From assembly GCA_964532225.1 (NCBI GenBank), contig CAZHHM010000003.1:30005-94004 (forward strand): a DNA stretch of 64,000 nucleotides, written 5' to 3'. Positions 20,199 through 30,397 of the stretch are shown piece by piece. The notes under the pieces are model-generated. The model was not told the DNA's origin. It did no database searches and worked only from the letters and a program-made list of their open reading frames with translations. The DNA is from an uncultured bacterium. GTDB lineage: Bacteria; Margulisbacteria; WOR-1; JAKLHX01. The translations under genes were made by a program, and so were the position numbers. The first letter of the stretch is position 1, and each line of letters opens with the position of its first letter.

Positions 20199-21032
20199 AT
20201 GGATATAGGACCGGTCATAGGGATCATGCTGATCAGGAACGAGAACGACATCCTGCGGGAGGTGCTTTCGGAGCATGTAAAGTTCTGTGACCATATATAT
20301 GTCCTTGACGGCACTACCGAAGATCCCGGGACATCAAAGAGCATCTGCACTTCGTTCCCGAAAGTCAGCCACTTCACCGAAGACGAGCTGCCGTCCGTTT
20401 ACCCGATACCCATCAGGGACGGATGCAGACAATTCCTTATAGATAAAGCTAGAGAGAAGTTCGGGGAGAAAGGATGGTTCGTGCTTCTGCACGGTGACGA
20501 GATATTCGTGGACAGGCCGGATGACATCATAAGGAAATACCGCGGTCTGTTCGATATGCTTACTCTGGATAACGTACTTTTCTTCGTGCATAAGGAACAG
20601 GAGCCGTTCAAGCTTGACCCTTTAAAAAAGGTACAGGATCAGATCCGCTGGCATGCCGGCCCGGGCTCTCCCGAGCTGAGGATACTCAGGAACAAGCCCG
20701 GCACCAGATATGACATAAGGCAGCACCACGACCTGGCGCCAAAAGGTATGGGGATGAACTACAAAACGACTTACAAGATCAAGCATTATCCTTACAGGGA
20801 CCCCGAACAGCAGCAGAAAAGAGCAGCTGACAGGACCGAAGTAACGAATTGGTCCCCCTCGGGCTATTCACACATACCCGACAGGAAGTACTATCTGGAC
20901 GAGTCGTTCTTTGGTAGAAAATTCCTTTACTGGATATCCAAACGCCCGTTAACCCCCAGGATAAGCACACCGCTGGTCACAAGGTTCCTGCAGGACGTTG
21001 CCGAGAACTTCACAAGAGGTCGTATCAGATAG
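20199..21032 (+). CDS. GT2-superfamily glycosyltransferase
   Basis: IRNENDIL..L, HIYVLDG.T.D, WFVLLHGDE, IKHYPYR; TATAAT 6 nt upstream of the ATG. Confidence 0.75.
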   Translation: MDIGPVIGIMLIRNENDILREVLSEHVKFCDHIYVLDGTTEDPGTSKSICTSFPKVSHFTEDELPSVYPIPIRDGCRQFLIDKAREKFGEKGWFVLLHGDEIFVDRPDDIIRKYRGLFDMLTLDNVLFFVHKEQEPFKLDPLKKVQDQIRWHAGPGSPELRILRNKPGTRYDIRQHHDLAPKGMGMNYKTTYKIKHYPYRDPEQQQKRAADRTEVTNWSPSGYSHIPDRKYYLDESFFGRKFLYWISKRPLTPRISTPLVTRFLQDVAENFTRGRIR

Positions 21033-21336
21033 AAAGGTGATTGATGCGTATCTTCTTTCTGAGAAAGATCTTTCCAAGATAGCCGTCGACCTTGAGCATA
21101 TTGACCTCGCTGCCGAACGACTCATCGATAACCGCGTCCTTTGAGGAGGCCTGAGTGAAGATGACGTCATCCTTTGCTTCAGGGGTCGAGTTGGTATTCC
21201 AGTTCCCGGGGTCCGACCAATTGTAGCTCTGTCCGGCCCCTGTCCAGTACACTTGCGTACCGTTGGCAGGCGCCGCCATTGCGGTCATTGATACGGCCAG
21301 GAACAGCAGTAGTGCTCCGGCCACACGATTTCTCAT
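21025..21336 (-). CDS. Small secreted protein with a WTG..NWS..GNW..P..DDVIF motif
   Basis: Signal peptide (VAGALLLFLAVSMTAMA), 103 aa, near-consensus promoter upstream. Confidence 0.7.
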   Translation of the reverse strand: MRNRVAGALLLFLAVSMTAMAAPANGTQVYWTGAGQSYNWSDPGNWNTNSTPEAKDDVIFTQASSKDAVIDESFGSEVNMLKVDGYLGKIFLRKKIRINHLSI

Positions 21337-21347
21337 GACTCTATTGG

Positions 21348-21375
21348 ATTATATTACCTGAAATAACCTTGTCAA
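21348..21375 (-). promoter_or_regulatory. Consensus sigma70 promoter TTGACA-16nt-TATAAT for the 21336 gene
   Basis: tgtcaa at 21370-21375 and attata at 21348-21353 on the plus strand. Confidence 0.75.
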
Positions 21376-21400
21376 GCAAACCTGCTGTATAATTGTGGCT

Positions 21401-22327
21401 ATGGTACTGATGAGCGTCGTCATCCCTACATTGAACAGGGCCAAAGTGCTTTCAAGGGTGCTTGAAGCCCTGTGCCAGCAGACAATGCAGCACAACGAGT
21501 ACGAGATCGTCGTAGTGGATGACGGGTCTACGGACGGCACAAAAGCCGGAGTCGAGGAGGTCGCTAAGAGAGAGAGCGGCAGGCACACGATCAAGTATGT
21601 AAAGCAGGACCCCTCGAAAAAAGGGCCGGCTTCAGCCAACAATCTGGGCATCAGGAACGCTTCCGGCAGATACATTCTGTTCATGAACGATGATGTTATC
21701 GCCGACAAGGAATTGCTGAGAGAGCATGCCAGGTCTCACTCGCTCCACTCAAGAGTGATCGTTCAGGGAAGGGTGATCAACACCTCAAGCCTCGATGAGC
21801 TCGGCAAAAAGCACAACGGCTACGCAGGCGGTTACAGCGACATGTCGTTCGGATATTTCACAACATGGAATTGTTCCGTCGAAAAGGCCCTACTCGAGCA
21901 GGCAGGGATGTTCGACGAGGACTTCAGGGAACTTTGCTGGGAAGACGTCGAATTCGGCTACAGGCTTCGCAGGCTCGGAGTGAAGCAGATATACAACAAA
22001 GCCGCTTTCGGCTATCACTTCAGGCACGAGTTCAAGGTGGACAATATCGGGTGGGTAAAGCACAAGTCCGTCAACATGGGGCGTAACGCCGTGCTCTATT
22101 ACCGCAAACACCCCACTCTTGATGTAAAGATCTCGACGGAATCTTTCTGGCTACCTATGACGATGCACAGTTTCATGTCATTCGGGGTAAGGATGGTCGG
22201 AGGCCCGGCCTTGACCGGACTCTTCAAATGGCTGGAGAAGAGGGGCATGGCAAGGACGCTCTCCTTCCTGGTGGGTCTTGCTGGCAAATACTGGTACTAC
22301 TCAGGAGTAAAGGACGCCATGAAATGA
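21401..22327 (+). CDS. GT2 glycosyltransferase
   Basis: SVVIPTLNR, VVDDGSTDGT, FMNDD, WEDVEFGYRL; TATAAT 7 nt upstream of ATG 21401. Confidence 0.9.
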   Translation: MVLMSVVIPTLNRAKVLSRVLEALCQQTMQHNEYEIVVVDDGSTDGTKAGVEEVAKRESGRHTIKYVKQDPSKKGPASANNLGIRNASGRYILFMNDDVIADKELLREHARSHSLHSRVIVQGRVINTSSLDELGKKHNGYAGGYSDMSFGYFTTWNCSVEKALLEQAGMFDEDFRELCWEDVEFGYRLRRLGVKQIYNKAAFGYHFRHEFKVDNIGWVKHKSVNMGRNAVLYYRKHPTLDVKISTESFWLPMTMHSFMSFGVRMVGGPALTGLFKWLEKRGMARTLSFLVGLAGKYWYYSGVKDAMK

Positions 22328-23211
22328 AGATGTCTGCTGTAATAGTAAGCTGGAACGTAAAGGACCTTTTGAAGAAATGCATCCTTTCAGTACTGGACAA
22401 CACCGAACACGTCAAGGACATGGAGATCATTGTGGTGGACAACGCATCGGCTGACGGTTCTGCCGACATGGTCGCTTCCACCTTCCCTTCCGTCAAGCTA
22501 ATAAGGAACCTGGACAACGTCGGCTTTTCAAGAGCCAACAATCAGGGCATAGAGGCCTCTTCGGGAGAGTATGTGCTGCTTTTGAACCCTGATACCGAGG
22601 TCAGGCTGGGAGCCGTAGACAAGCTATGCTCTTATCTTGACCGCAATACCGATACTGCAGGTGTCGCGCCGAAGCTCCTTAATGCCGACGGTTCGCTTCA
22701 GAGGTCCATACTAGGGTTCCCAACTCTTGGAGCAATGGCTGCCAGGCAGCTTTTTGTCGAATATCTTTGGCCTGACAACCCCTGGAGCAAGGCATACAAT
22801 CTTCCGGACCATGATTACGGGGCTGTTTCGGATGTGGACCAGCCCATGGGCGCCTGCATACTGTTCAGGAGGTCCGCTCTTGAAGAGGCCCACGGTTTTG
22901 ACGCTGCAAGCTTCATGTTCTTTGATGAGGTGGACCTTTGCTTCAGGATAAAGAAAGCCGGATGGAAGATCAGGTATATCCCCGATGCCGAGGTGGTCCA
23001 TTACGGGGGCTCCTCTGTTAAAAAATGGGGAGCGTTCAATCTAAGCAGGCATTGGACCAGGAGCAGGAACCTGTTCTTCAGGAAGCATTACGGGGCTATG
23101 CAGCTTGCGGCCTTGTATCTGGCGGACGCATTAAGGGCGGTCATCATCATCGCTTTGTTGATCGTGCTTATCGCTTCGATACCGTTCTTTATCGAGATGC
23201 TTTCTTTCTGA
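22324..23211 (+). CDS. GT2 glycosyltransferase (WbbL/RfbF rhamnosyltransferase-like)
   Basis: VIVSWN, VDNASADGS, N.GFSRANN, LLNPD, FDEVDLCFR. Start moved to 22324 (ATGA overlap). Confidence 0.88.
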   Translation: MKMSAVIVSWNVKDLLKKCILSVLDNTEHVKDMEIIVVDNASADGSADMVASTFPSVKLIRNLDNVGFSRANNQGIEASSGEYVLLLNPDTEVRLGAVDKLCSYLDRNTDTAGVAPKLLNADGSLQRSILGFPTLGAMAARQLFVEYLWPDNPWSKAYNLPDHDYGAVSDVDQPMGACILFRRSALEEAHGFDAASFMFFDEVDLCFRIKKAGWKIRYIPDAEVVHYGGSSVKKWGAFNLSRHWTRSRNLFFRKHYGAMQLAALYLADALRAVIIIALLIVLIASIPFFIEMLSF

Positions 23212-23926
23212 CAATAAGGATAACGCCCGTGCAGACGGCCAGCAGGGCGATGCTTATCCACTGAGAGGGAGAAAGACCGGCCCAGTTGAGCAGATTGAAC
23301 CTGAAAGACTCCACTATGAACCTGTACACGGAATACATCACGACACCCCACAAGAGCACCTGCCCGTCATAGGCCTTCCTGCGGTAGACCGCCCATACAA
23401 CTGCAAATATGATAAGGCCGGAAACAATAGAATATATCTGTGTCGGATGGACGGGGACCATGCTTTCAGGGAATGTCATTGCCCAGGGAAGAGAGCACGG
23501 GACCCCGTAGCAGCAGCCGTTCAGCAGGCACCCTACCCTTCCTATCGCGTACCCGACAGCCGCAGCCGGAGTGGCGATATCGAACGCCCTGAGAACGGGA
23601 ATATTCCTTGAACGGCAGAACAGTATGATGGTGACCATCGAAAAGACCAGTCCTCCGTAGAAGACCATACCGCCTTCCCATAGAGCGAATACGGAGAGCG
23701 GATCGTTGAGGAACGGCCCCGGGAACCCGATAATGTAAAATACCCTGGCTCCTATAAGCCCGGAAAATATTACCCACATTGCCCCGTCAATGACATCATC
23801 ACGCTTAATACCTTCTCTTTTGCCGAACGAAGCCGCGATAAACACACCCGCGATGAAGGCAAGTGCGACCAACGCCCCCCAGGAATGCACATGGAACCCG
23901 AACACCTCAAACAGTTCAGGATGCAT
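23189..23926 (-). CDS. lgt: Prolipoprotein diacylglyceryl transferase
   Basis: GARVFY, WEGGMVFYGG, IGRVGCLLNGCCYG, HPTQIY, RFIVESFR. Confidence 0.95.
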   Translation of the reverse strand: MHPELFEVFGFHVHSWGALVALAFIAGVFIAASFGKREGIKRDDVIDGAMWVIFSGLIGARVFYIIGFPGPFLNDPLSVFALWEGGMVFYGGLVFSMVTIILFCRSRNIPVLRAFDIATPAAAVGYAIGRVGCLLNGCCYGVPCSLPWAMTFPESMVPVHPTQIYSIVSGLIIFAVVWAVYRRKAYDGQVLLWGVVMYSVYRFIVESFRFNLLNWAGLSPSQWISIALLAVCTGVILIVRKKASR

Positions 23927-24360
23927 CAGCGTTTCTCCTTAGCAAATATCAGAGATATGATAAGTAGGGCTGCACAGATATTTATCATGATATCAGCCAG
24001 GTTCATCACGGAAAAATGTCTGACACCTATGAAGTCGACCACATATCCTTTTATCAGTCTGTCGGCAAGGTTACCGGCGCTGGCACCTATGAGCACGCCG
24101 AGCACGGCGTCGAACGCACCGGACCTGTTCCTTGAGGTCAGATAGAACATACAGACCGCGGTCAGAGCGAATATGCTTACTATTGCGATAGAAGCGGTCT
24201 GCCCGGAGAAAATGCCGAATGCAGCACCTTTGTTCCTGACAACGGATAAGTAGAGGAGACCTCCTACGGCCTTTAGCTCCTGTCCGCCGAGAACGGACAA
24301 TGCGATGTACTTTGATGTCTGGTCTATCAGGAAAGCAGCCACTGCGGACAGGAAGAACAT
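23926..24360 (-). CDS. lspA: Lipoprotein signal peptidase II
   Basis: DQTSK, N.GAAFG, GNLADR..GYVVDFI, NLADI. Confidence 0.93.
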   Translation of the reverse strand: MFFLSAVAAFLIDQTSKYIALSVLGGQELKAVGGLLYLSVVRNKGAAFGIFSGQTASIAIVSIFALTAVCMFYLTSRNRSGAFDAVLGVLIGASAGNLADRLIKGYVVDFIGVRHFSVMNLADIMINICAALLIISLIFAKEKR

Positions 24361-24361
24361 T

Positions 24362-24661
24362 TTACTGCCTTAACCCGTTCTGGACGGAATTGTTCACAAA
24401 GTCAACTAGATTGGCGATATATGAACCGATTATGGGGATCTGGAGCAGCGGCGCCATCACCGTAACGAGGACATAAACGACGACCGCGAAAATGACCGTC
24501 ATTCCGATAGCTATCCCCAGCCCCCTGAAAACACCTGCCAGGAAATTGAACCAGAATAGTTTCCAGGGCCTGGTCATAAGCTGAACGTATTCCGCGAAGT
24601 TGGCCTTCTCGAAATGGTCGGCCAGCTTTGAAATATTGTCGTTAAGTATGTTCTTGTCCAT
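24362..24661 (-). CDS. DUF5665-like small membrane protein
   Basis: FAEYVQL..RPWKLFWFNFLAGVFRGLGIAIGMT pattern. Confidence 0.7.
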   Translation of the reverse strand: MDKNILNDNISKLADHFEKANFAEYVQLMTRPWKLFWFNFLAGVFRGLGIAIGMTVIFAVVVYVLVTVMAPLLQIPIIGSYIANLVDFVNNSVQNGLRQ

Positions 24662-26064
24662 CAGTACCTGTAATGCTCCGGTTTATAAGGCCCGTTAACG
24701 TCAACACCGATGTAATCCGCCTGTTCCTTGGTCAATTTTGTAAGCTTGACCCCTATCTTGTCAAGATGGAGCCTTGCCACTTCTTCGTCAAGCTTTTTGG
24801 GCAGACGGTAAACTCCGGCAGCGTACTTATCCTTGTTCTGCCATAGATCTATCTGCGCAAGGACCTGGTTGGTGAATGAATTGGACATGACAAAAGAAGA
24901 GTGCCCCGTAGCACAGCCAAGATTGACCAGCCTGCCTTCGGCAAGAAGATACAGCTCTCTTCCGCCGGGGAAGATGTATTTGTCTACCTGAGGCTTAATG
25001 TTCACCTTCTTTATGCCTTTGTAGGAATCGAGCTGTGAGACCTGGATCTCGTTGTCAAAGTGCCCGATATTGCATATTATGGCCTGGTCCTTCATCTTTT
25101 CCATATGCTCTATCCTTATGACGTCCCTGTTGCCCGTAGCCGTCACATAGATGTCGCCTGTTCCCAGTGTCTCTTCAAGAGTACAGACCTCATATCCTTC
25201 CATGGCGGCTTGAAGCGCGTTTATCGGATCGATCTCGGTGACCATGACCCTGGCTCCCAGTCCGCGCAGGGACTGGCAGGAACCTTTGCCCACATCACCG
25301 TAGCCGCAGACGACTGCCACTTTTCCGGCGAACATCACGTCCATGGCCCTTTTCAGCCCGTCACCAAGGCTCTCTCTGCAGCCATAGAGGTTGTCGAACT
25401 TTGATTTGGTAACGGAATCGTTCACGTTGATAGCGGGAACGAGCAGTTTCCCCTTTTCCATCATCTGGTAAAGCCTGTGGACGCCGGTTGTCGTCTCTTC
25501 GGAAACACCTTTCCATTCTTTGATCATAGAGGTCCACTTTTTGGGTTCCTCTTTGAGCGTTCTCTTCAGGAGCTTCAGCAGCTCGGTCTCATCCTCCCCG
25601 CATGTCTTCCTGTCGAGACACGAAGGCTCATTTTCCCCTTCATAGCCTGCGTGCAGCATGAGAGTGGCATCTCCCCCGTCGTCGACGATGAGTTGAGGCC
25701 CTTTGCCTTCCGGGAATGACAGAGCTTCTTTGGTGCACCACCAGAACTCCTCGAGCGTCTCGCCTTTCCACGCGAACACCGGTATGCCGGCTTTTGCGAT
25801 CGCTGCGGCAGCATGGTCCTGTGTTGAGAAGATATTGCAGCTGGCCCACCTGACATCAGCTCCAAGGTCCTTAAGTGTCTCGATAAGGACTGCGGTCTGA
25901 ATGGTCATATGCAGAGACCCCATTATCCTGACGCCCTTTAACGGCTTGGCCGTTCTGTATTTTTCACGAAGCGACATAAGGCCGGGCATTTCATGCTGGG
26001 CGATATCTATCTCTTTCCTCCCGAAATCAGCGAGTCCGATATCCTTGATCTTATAGTCGGGCAT
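24661..26064 (-). CDS. ahcY: Adenosylhomocysteinase (SAH hydrolase)
   Basis: [62 protein letters not shown]. Confidence 0.98.
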   Translation of the reverse strand: MPDYKIKDIGLADFGRKEIDIAQHEMPGLMSLREKYRTAKPLKGVRIMGSLHMTIQTAVLIETLKDLGADVRWASCNIFSTQDHAAAAIAKAGIPVFAWKGETLEEFWWCTKEALSFPEGKGPQLIVDDGGDATLMLHAGYEGENEPSCLDRKTCGEDETELLKLLKRTLKEEPKKWTSMIKEWKGVSEETTTGVHRLYQMMEKGKLLVPAINVNDSVTKSKFDNLYGCRESLGDGLKRAMDVMFAGKVAVVCGYGDVGKGSCQSLRGLGARVMVTEIDPINALQAAMEGYEVCTLEETLGTGDIYVTATGNRDVIRIEHMEKMKDQAIICNIGHFDNEIQVSQLDSYKGIKKVNIKPQVDKYIFPGGRELYLLAEGRLVNLGCATGHSSFVMSNSFTNQVLAQIDLWQNKDKYAAGVYRLPKKLDEEVARLHLDKIGVKLTKLTKEQADYIGVDVNGPYKPEHYRY

Positions 26065-26088
26065 ATTTCACCTTTCCTTGACGGTCGA

Positions 26089-28821
26089 TTATAAAGCTCT
26101 TACTGCCTCAGCGCACCTTCCGCATATGGCCGGGTGTTCACTGACAGAACCGATATCCGGCATATATCTCCAGCATCTCTCGCATTTGCCGTTAGCGGTA
26201 CGAGAGACTGATATTAAGAGGTCCTTGCCTTCCATGACCTTAACCCCTGCGACAAGCATAACCGATGCAAGGATGCTGTCCATACCTTTTAAGAGCAGAT
26301 AGGTCTCGGGATCGGCAGTAATCGTCACTTCTGCCTCCAGTGTCTGACTGATGGTCTTTGCTGCTCTTAACTCTTCGATCTTCTTATAGGCTTCTCTTCT
26401 TATCTCTTCTATCTTCGCCCATTTAACGAGCAGCGGATCTTCCGCGCTGATATCCAGCCTTTGAGGCAGCACCTGTCCAAAGACACTGCCTTTCCCTACC
26501 CTCATGTAGATATCCTCCGCGGTAAAGCTTAGCACCGGGGCCATTAGCTTGACCAGGGTAAGGAGCATCCTGTGCATGACCGTCTGAGCGGACAGACGGC
26601 TGAGAGATGACCTGGCATCGCAATAAAGCCTGTCCTTGACTATGTCAAGGTAGAAGGCACTAAGGTCGTTAACGCAATAGCTGTAGATCGAATGGTAGAC
26701 TATGTGGAACTCGAACTCGTCATACGCCTGCCTTACCCTGTTCTGCATCTGTTCAAGCTTTAGCAGCGCGTACCTGTCTATTTCAAGCAGCTTTTCTTCG
26801 GGTATGGCCATGCTTTCCTCGAAACCGGAAAGATTGCTCAGAAGGAACCTGCAAGTGTTCCTGATCTTGGAGAAGCTCTCGTTCACCTGTTTCAGTATCT
26901 TCTTTGACACGGCCATGTCATTGCGGAAGTCCGTTGACGCTACCCAGAGCCGCAGCACGTCGGCCCCGTATTCTTTTACGACTTCCTGGGGATCAACCAC
27001 GTTCCCGAGGGATTTGCTCATCTTTTTGCCTTTTTCGTCTATGGTGAACCCGTGAGTCAGCACCGATCTGAACGGCGATCTTCCGAACGCGGCTACCGAG
27101 GTCAGCAGCGAGGTCTGGAACCATCCCCTGTGCTGGTCCGAACCCTCCAGATAAAGATCGGCAGGCCAGGATAGACCGTGGGCCCCATTCTTAAGGACGG
27201 CATAATGGCTTGACCCGGACTCCAGCCAGACATCCATGATGTCGGTCTCTTTCTCAAAAGTGCTGCCGCCGCATGATGGACAGACGCAACCTTTCGGAAG
27301 TATCTCGGAAGCTTCTTTTGTGAACCAGACATTTGTCCCTTCTTTTTTAACCGCGTCAACGACCGCTTTGTTGAACTCACCTTTGTACAAAGGTGTCTTG
27401 CATCCGGAACAGTAGAAAGCGGGGATAGGGATACCCCATGAACGCTGCCTTGATATGCACCAATCCGGACGGGTCCCCACCATACCCCTAATGCGGTTCT
27501 CTCCCCATGCGGGATACCATTTTGTCCTGCCTATTTCATCAAGCGCGTTCTTTCTGAGGTCATCATGGTCAACATTTATGAACCACTGTTCCGTAGCCCT
27601 GAATATTACCGGCTTTTTGCATCTCCAGCAATGCGGATATTGGTGTTTAAAGGTTGAAGAATCAAGAAGGGTCCCGTTGGATGCCATCAATTCCAGTATG
27701 AGAGGATTGGACTTCCAGACATGCACCCCCATGAACATGGGGACCTCGTCCGTAAAAAGCCCCTTCCCGTCAACAGGCATGATAACGGGCAGCTTGTAGC
27801 GCGACCCGACCATGAAATCTTCCATACCGTGTCCCGGGGCGATATGAACGGAGCCTGATCCGGTCTCCATGCTGACGAACTCGTCCATGACGACCATGCT
27901 CTGGCGGTCAAGGAAAGGATGTTTGCACAGCATGCCTTCAAGGTCCGAACCTTTGAAGGTCATTTTCTTTTCGGGGCTGCCCCACTTGAGCTTTTCAGCG
28001 ACCTGACCTGCAAGCTCTTCCGCGACTATGAAATCCTCACCGCCTGAGGACATTACGCAGTAGGCATGATCAGGATGCACTGCAATAGCGACGTTTGAAG
28101 GAAGTGTCCAGGGTGTAGTCGTCCAGATGATCATGCTTGTTCTTCCTGGCACAAGACCTTGACCGCCGTTCTTAGCCTTAGAGGCGTCATCCACCCTGAA
28201 TTTCACGAATATCGAGGGGGACGGATCGTCCTCATACTCTATCTCGGCCTCTGCCAGGGCAGTTTCACATGTCGGGCACCAGTGTATAGGCTTCAAGGAT
28301 TTGTAGACATATCCTTTTTCGGCAAGAATGCCAAACAGCTCGATTACCGAGGCTTCATAGGAGGGATCAAGGGTCAGGTAAGGCGAGTCCCATGCCCCCA
28401 TTATTCCCAAACGTTTGAATTCTGACCTTTGCAGGTCGACATACCTCAGCGCGTACTCCCTGCATCTTTGACGGAATTCAGCCGTTGACAGAGTGGACCT
28501 TCTTACGCTGAGTTCCTTGAGCAGCTGGGTCTCTATGGGAAGGCCGTGGCAGTCCCAACCTGGAATATATTTTGTCCTGTACCCCTCCATTGACCTGAAC
28601 TTGACCACGATGTCTTTCAGTATCTTATTGAGAGCATGCCCGAGGTGAATATCTCCGTTTGGATACGGAGGCCCGTCATGAAGAGTATAGGTCCTCTCGG
28701 CCCCGTTCGAAAGTGGCCCCATTTGAGACCATAGATCAAGCAATTTTGGCTCAATCTCGTTGAATTTAGCTTTTATTGGAAGATCGGTACTCGGCAGGTT
28801 AAGTGTATTCTTATATTCCAT
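26089..28821 (-). CDS. ileS: Isoleucyl-tRNA synthetase (IleRS1 type)
   Basis: HDGPPYPNGDIHLGH, KMSKS, C-terminal CERC/CGRC zinc site. Confidence 0.98.
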   Translation of the reverse strand: MEYKNTLNLPSTDLPIKAKFNEIEPKLLDLWSQMGPLSNGAERTYTLHDGPPYPNGDIHLGHALNKILKDIVVKFRSMEGYRTKYIPGWDCHGLPIETQLLKELSVRRSTLSTAEFRQRCREYALRYVDLQRSEFKRLGIMGAWDSPYLTLDPSYEASVIELFGILAEKGYVYKSLKPIHWCPTCETALAEAEIEYEDDPSPSIFVKFRVDDASKAKNGGQGLVPGRTSMIIWTTTPWTLPSNVAIAVHPDHAYCVMSSGGEDFIVAEELAGQVAEKLKWGSPEKKMTFKGSDLEGMLCKHPFLDRQSMVVMDEFVSMETGSGSVHIAPGHGMEDFMVGSRYKLPVIMPVDGKGLFTDEVPMFMGVHVWKSNPLILELMASNGTLLDSSTFKHQYPHCWRCKKPVIFRATEQWFINVDHDDLRKNALDEIGRTKWYPAWGENRIRGMVGTRPDWCISRQRSWGIPIPAFYCSGCKTPLYKGEFNKAVVDAVKKEGTNVWFTKEASEILPKGCVCPSCGGSTFEKETDIMDVWLESGSSHYAVLKNGAHGLSWPADLYLEGSDQHRGWFQTSLLTSVAAFGRSPFRSVLTHGFTIDEKGKKMSKSLGNVVDPQEVVKEYGADVLRLWVASTDFRNDMAVSKKILKQVNESFSKIRNTCRFLLSNLSGFEESMAIPEEKLLEIDRYALLKLEQMQNRVRQAYDEFEFHIVYHSIYSYCVNDLSAFYLDIVKDRLYCDARSSLSRLSAQTVMHRMLLTLVKLMAPVLSFTAEDIYMRVGKGSVFGQVLPQRLDISAEDPLLVKWAKIEEIRREAYKKIEELRAAKTISQTLEAEVTITADPETYLLLKGMDSILASVMLVAGVKVMEGKDLLISVSRTANGKCERCWRYMPDIGSVSEHPAICGRCAEAVRAL

Positions 28822-28829
28822 ATAATAGG

Positions 28830-28838
28830 ATTATAACA
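28830..28838 (-). promoter_or_regulatory. Extended -10 box (TGt TATAAT), 8 nt upstream of the ileS ATG
   Basis: Minus strand reads TGT TATAAT cctattat ATG. Confidence 0.65.
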
Positions 28839-28858
28839 CGATGGTTTTATCGGGTTTT

Positions 28859-30397
28859 TTATCGGCTTCTCAGAATGTCGAGGTTATCCTTTGCCCTTAA
28901 GAACCCTGGATTGACCGATAGTGTCCTTTCCCAGAACATCTCGGCATCCTTGATCCTCCCCTGCTTGTATGACACGTACCCGAGATTATAGATTGCGGCA
29001 TCGAACCTGTCGTTTATGTCGACGGCATCCCTGAAATATTCTTCCGCAGTCCTGTGATCGTTCATGTTCATGTAAACAACGCCCAGATTGTATTTTGTAA
29101 CGGCATCGTATGGGTTAAGGTCCTCGCTTATCCTGAAATGCTTTTCCGCGTTCGGGATATCCATGGTCCCATAGAACACTTTGCCCATCCCTCTGTGAGA
29201 AAGATAATATCCGGGAGAATCGTGGACCGCTTTTTCCCAGAACACGCGCGGGCTCGAATAGGAATAGCTGTTGCTCATGGAGAGAACGGAGAACAACGCT
29301 ACAACAGCCGACAGCAACAGCGGCCTTTTCCCGGCGAGACGGACAGCAGGAGATAAAGTGCTTAGCAAGATCAATACGCCTATCAGCGGAAGATAAAGCC
29401 TTTGTTCCGCATAATATTGCACCTGCCCCGATAACGGATTTGCCATTGACGGAATCAGGAAGATAAGCCACCACATCAAGCCGAACACGGCGGTTCGTCC
29501 ATCCTTTATCCATCCTGCAGCGAACGAAGCGGCAAGAACGCATATAAGAGCGATCCCTGACAGGAATACCAAAGGATCATGCAAAGGGAATACCGTAAGC
29601 TTTAACGGCAGGAGCGACTTTCCCGCGTAGGCGACAAGTCCGGGAAGGTCATTTATCATATTCGACATGACTACGGCAGGGTCATAAGGCATTGGATACC
29701 TGAGCGAAAAGCCTCTTAATGCTGCATAGACCGTTATCATCGCGGCAAGTGACACGAGGGCAGCGAATGTCCTTGAGGAGGTTTTATTATCGCGGCCGGA
29801 CGTCCAGGGATAAAAGAGCAGTACTGCGGGAAGAAGGACAGCGGTCTCTTTGGTCAGCAGGGCTACAAGGAAAGCCAGCGAGCCTGCGGCCAGGTATCTT
29901 TTTGCTCCGCCCGTGACATATTTGGGGATGAGAATAACAGCAGCGACTACTGCGGCCGCAAGGAGGATATCGTTCCTTCCGGGTATCCAGGCGACCGCCC
30001 GTGATAATGCCGGGTGTACAGAGAAAAGCAGCGAAAGCCAGAAGGAAAGCTCCTTATCCGCCGTGAACGAAATAAGAAAGAAAAAGACCAGAATTACCGT
30101 AGCTATATGGAGGATCAGGTTGGTCGCATGATAACCTGACGGGTTCCCGTTGAAGGCAAGATTGTCCAGGCCCATCGACACCGAAAAGACCGGCCTGTAG
30201 AACTCATTATGGTAGGCCAGTCCGAACACATCGCTCAAGAAGACCTCTTTGAAGCTCTCTATCCCGTGCATCCTTATTGGTCTTTCAACTGCAAAATACC
30301 GGTCATCCAGGTCCGTGAACCCGAAGAACAGCGTCGGGAAGAATACGAACAAAGGGACCAGGACAAGTACTGCAAGCTTTCCCTTGATATAACTCAT
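28859..30397 (-). CDS. TMTC-like GT-C membrane glycosyltransferase with C-terminal TPRs (paralogue 3)
   Basis: FTDLDD, YRPV, YHATNLILH, HP..AVAWIPGRND, KET, EQRLYLP, TPR repeats. Confidence 0.85.
   Translation of the reverse strand: MSYIKGKLAVLVLVPLFVFFPTLFFGFTDLDDRYFAVERPIRMHGIESFKEVFLSDVFGLAYHNEFYRPVFSVSMGLDNLAFNGNPSGYHATNLILHIATVILVFFFLISFTADKELSFWLSLLFSVHPALSRAVAWIPGRNDILLAAAVVAAVILIPKYVTGGAKRYLAAGSLAFLVALLTKETAVLLPAVLLFYPWTSGRDNKTSSRTFAALVSLAAMITVYAALRGFSLRYPMPYDPAVVMSNMINDLPGLVAYAGKSLLPLKLTVFPLHDPLVFLSGIALICVLAASFAAGWIKDGRTAVFGLMWWLIFLIPSMANPLSGQVQYYAEQRLYLPLIGVLILLSTLSPAVRLAGKRPLLLSAVVALFSVLSMSNSYSYSSPRVFWEKAVHDSPGYYLSHRGMGKVFYGTMDIPNAEKHFRISEDLNPYDAVTKYNLGVVYMNMNDHRTAEEYFRDAVDINDRFDAAIYNLGYVSYKQGRIKDAEMFWERTLSVNPGFLRAKDNLDILRSR

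Noticed and set aside
26065-26088. SAH riboswitch upstream of ahcY, or T-box upstream of ileS
   Set aside because: There are only 24 nt before ahcY, and the ileS -10 box is 8 nt from its ATG, so neither element fits.
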